Positions 62,669-64,000 of a DNA stretch of 64,000 nt are shown here, piece after piece. A model generated the notes under the pieces. The model saw only the letters and a list, made by a program, of their open reading frames with translations. It did no database searches and was not told where the DNA came from. This stretch comes from Haliotis rufescens. Taxonomy: Eukaryota. The stretch covers positions 26,970,001 to 27,034,000 of the forward strand of contig NW_025963813.1 in the NCBI RefSeq assembly GCF_023055435.1. Reading direction: 5' to 3'. Positions within the stretch are counted from its first letter, which is position 1; each line of letters begins with the position of its first letter. Both the position numbers and the translations under genes were made by a program.

Positions 62669-63162
62669 GTTTGGTTCAAACTTATTATACCATATTCAAC
62701 GTAATAAGCGCCCAGGGAACTCTCAAAATTAGAAATAGGGGGCTCTTGTTGGAATATAATTTTGGTGAAAGAGTTGAAAGATCGTAAATTTCGTCGTTTA
62801 TGCTTACAGCCTGAATTGATACAAAAGAAACGTTTGTGCGTATTATACATAACAGATGTATTTTTCCGGGATTTATTTGCCTGTAATTAAGGGTGCATAT
62901 AACACACGAGTGTGTATTATACACAAATAAGTCATGTGTACATTGAGCAATTGGAAGGGGTGCTAATTGTGATTGTTCACCAGTCAATATATTAGCAAAG
63001 ATTGCTGTGGGCGATTATTAGAGCGGGGCGCTTATTACATCGAATACCGTATTCAGAGTGAAGTGGACATGGTAGATCAGATACAAACTGTACAACTGCA
63101 AATTAGTTGGTTTTTTTATTGTTTGCTATTTTTGGGAGGCCAAAGTAGCATGCTGTAATATA

Positions 63163-63330
63163 TACAGTAGAAGACGGATATAACGAACACAGATAGAACG
63201 AAAATACGGATACAACAAACTGTTAGATAATCCCTGATTTATCCCCTATATAAAATCATATAAAATTTACATACATAACGAACTCTCTACAGCGAAATAA
63301 CGGATATCGCGAACTGATATCTGATCCCTG
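63163..63330. mobile_element. pogo/Tigger-like MITE end
   Basis: TACAGTAGAAGACGGATATAACGAAC terminus with ATAACGAA subterminal repeats. Confidence 0.55.
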
Positions 63331-64000
63331 ACAAGCCCTAATACCACTAATTAGTGATGTGTATAGCAAACTGAGAAATGTTACTCGGTGTCAAGTTTCA
63401 CTGACAATTGGCTATATACACAATCAGAGGCAACACAATCACTGGTAACGATTCAACCTTGTTAAACTTGCATTATGTTAATCTTACCTGTCCATGTAAT
63501 TGGACTAATCTAGTCTGTAAAACAAACAAATTTCATTCAATAATGTTTACATTAATTGCGGTGATATTGTAATGTATCATTCTGATAAAATACTAATTTC
63601 ATATACAATTTCTTCCGACCATTGCATTAAAAAAATTTGAAGTTGTATCATTGGGTACTTTTTAACCTAATCACCGGTAGATGCGGGAGGAAACGTGTAT
63701 AAATGTGTATGTGTATTGTGTTTTGTTTGAGCCAAGATGGCGGACATTTTGTAGAAGCTGGAAACCTTTGTTTAAGCATGTTTCCTCTTAGGATCGAAAG
63801 AAGAATGAGAAATGCATAGTGTGAGATGGGATAAGTAAATATATAGACAATTTATTGTAAAATTTACAATTGTAATATCTTTCTAAAATTTGTTTTTGAA
63901 CTTTTTTACCATGTTGACATGTATAGTTTAAATAGGAAAAAGAATTTTGTAAAAAAAGGATTCTGTTGGCCCAAACAACATGATGAAGTTACAAAGCAAT

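Overview
Repeat-dense animal genomic DNA, not prokaryotic. The SINE types (Meta-, Deu/Nin- and RUDI-like) suggest a mollusc, possibly an abalone-like gastropod (inference). About 18 kb, over a quarter of the window, is minisatellite array (units of 14, 16, 33, 36/37, 38, 39/80, 50, 57, 68/73 and 83 bp). The rest carries at least five short-retroposon families and decayed Penelope-like, CR1/L2-like and R4/Dong LINE fragments. It also has two Tc1 relics, an internally deleted MULE and several MITEs. The only convincing host gene is a + strand spliced gene starting near 58.26 kb; its first three coding exons encode a low-complexity protein of unknown function. A few isolated exon-like relics (cadherin-like, C-type-lectin-like, signal-peptide) are low confidence. 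The most interesting signal is a pseudoknotted, covarying RNA fold at the precise 5' end of an abundant retroposon family with no tRNA head. Divergent versions head other elements, and it is a candidate uncharacterised self-cleaving or regulatory RNA. Most ORFs in the supplied track are repeat artefacts.
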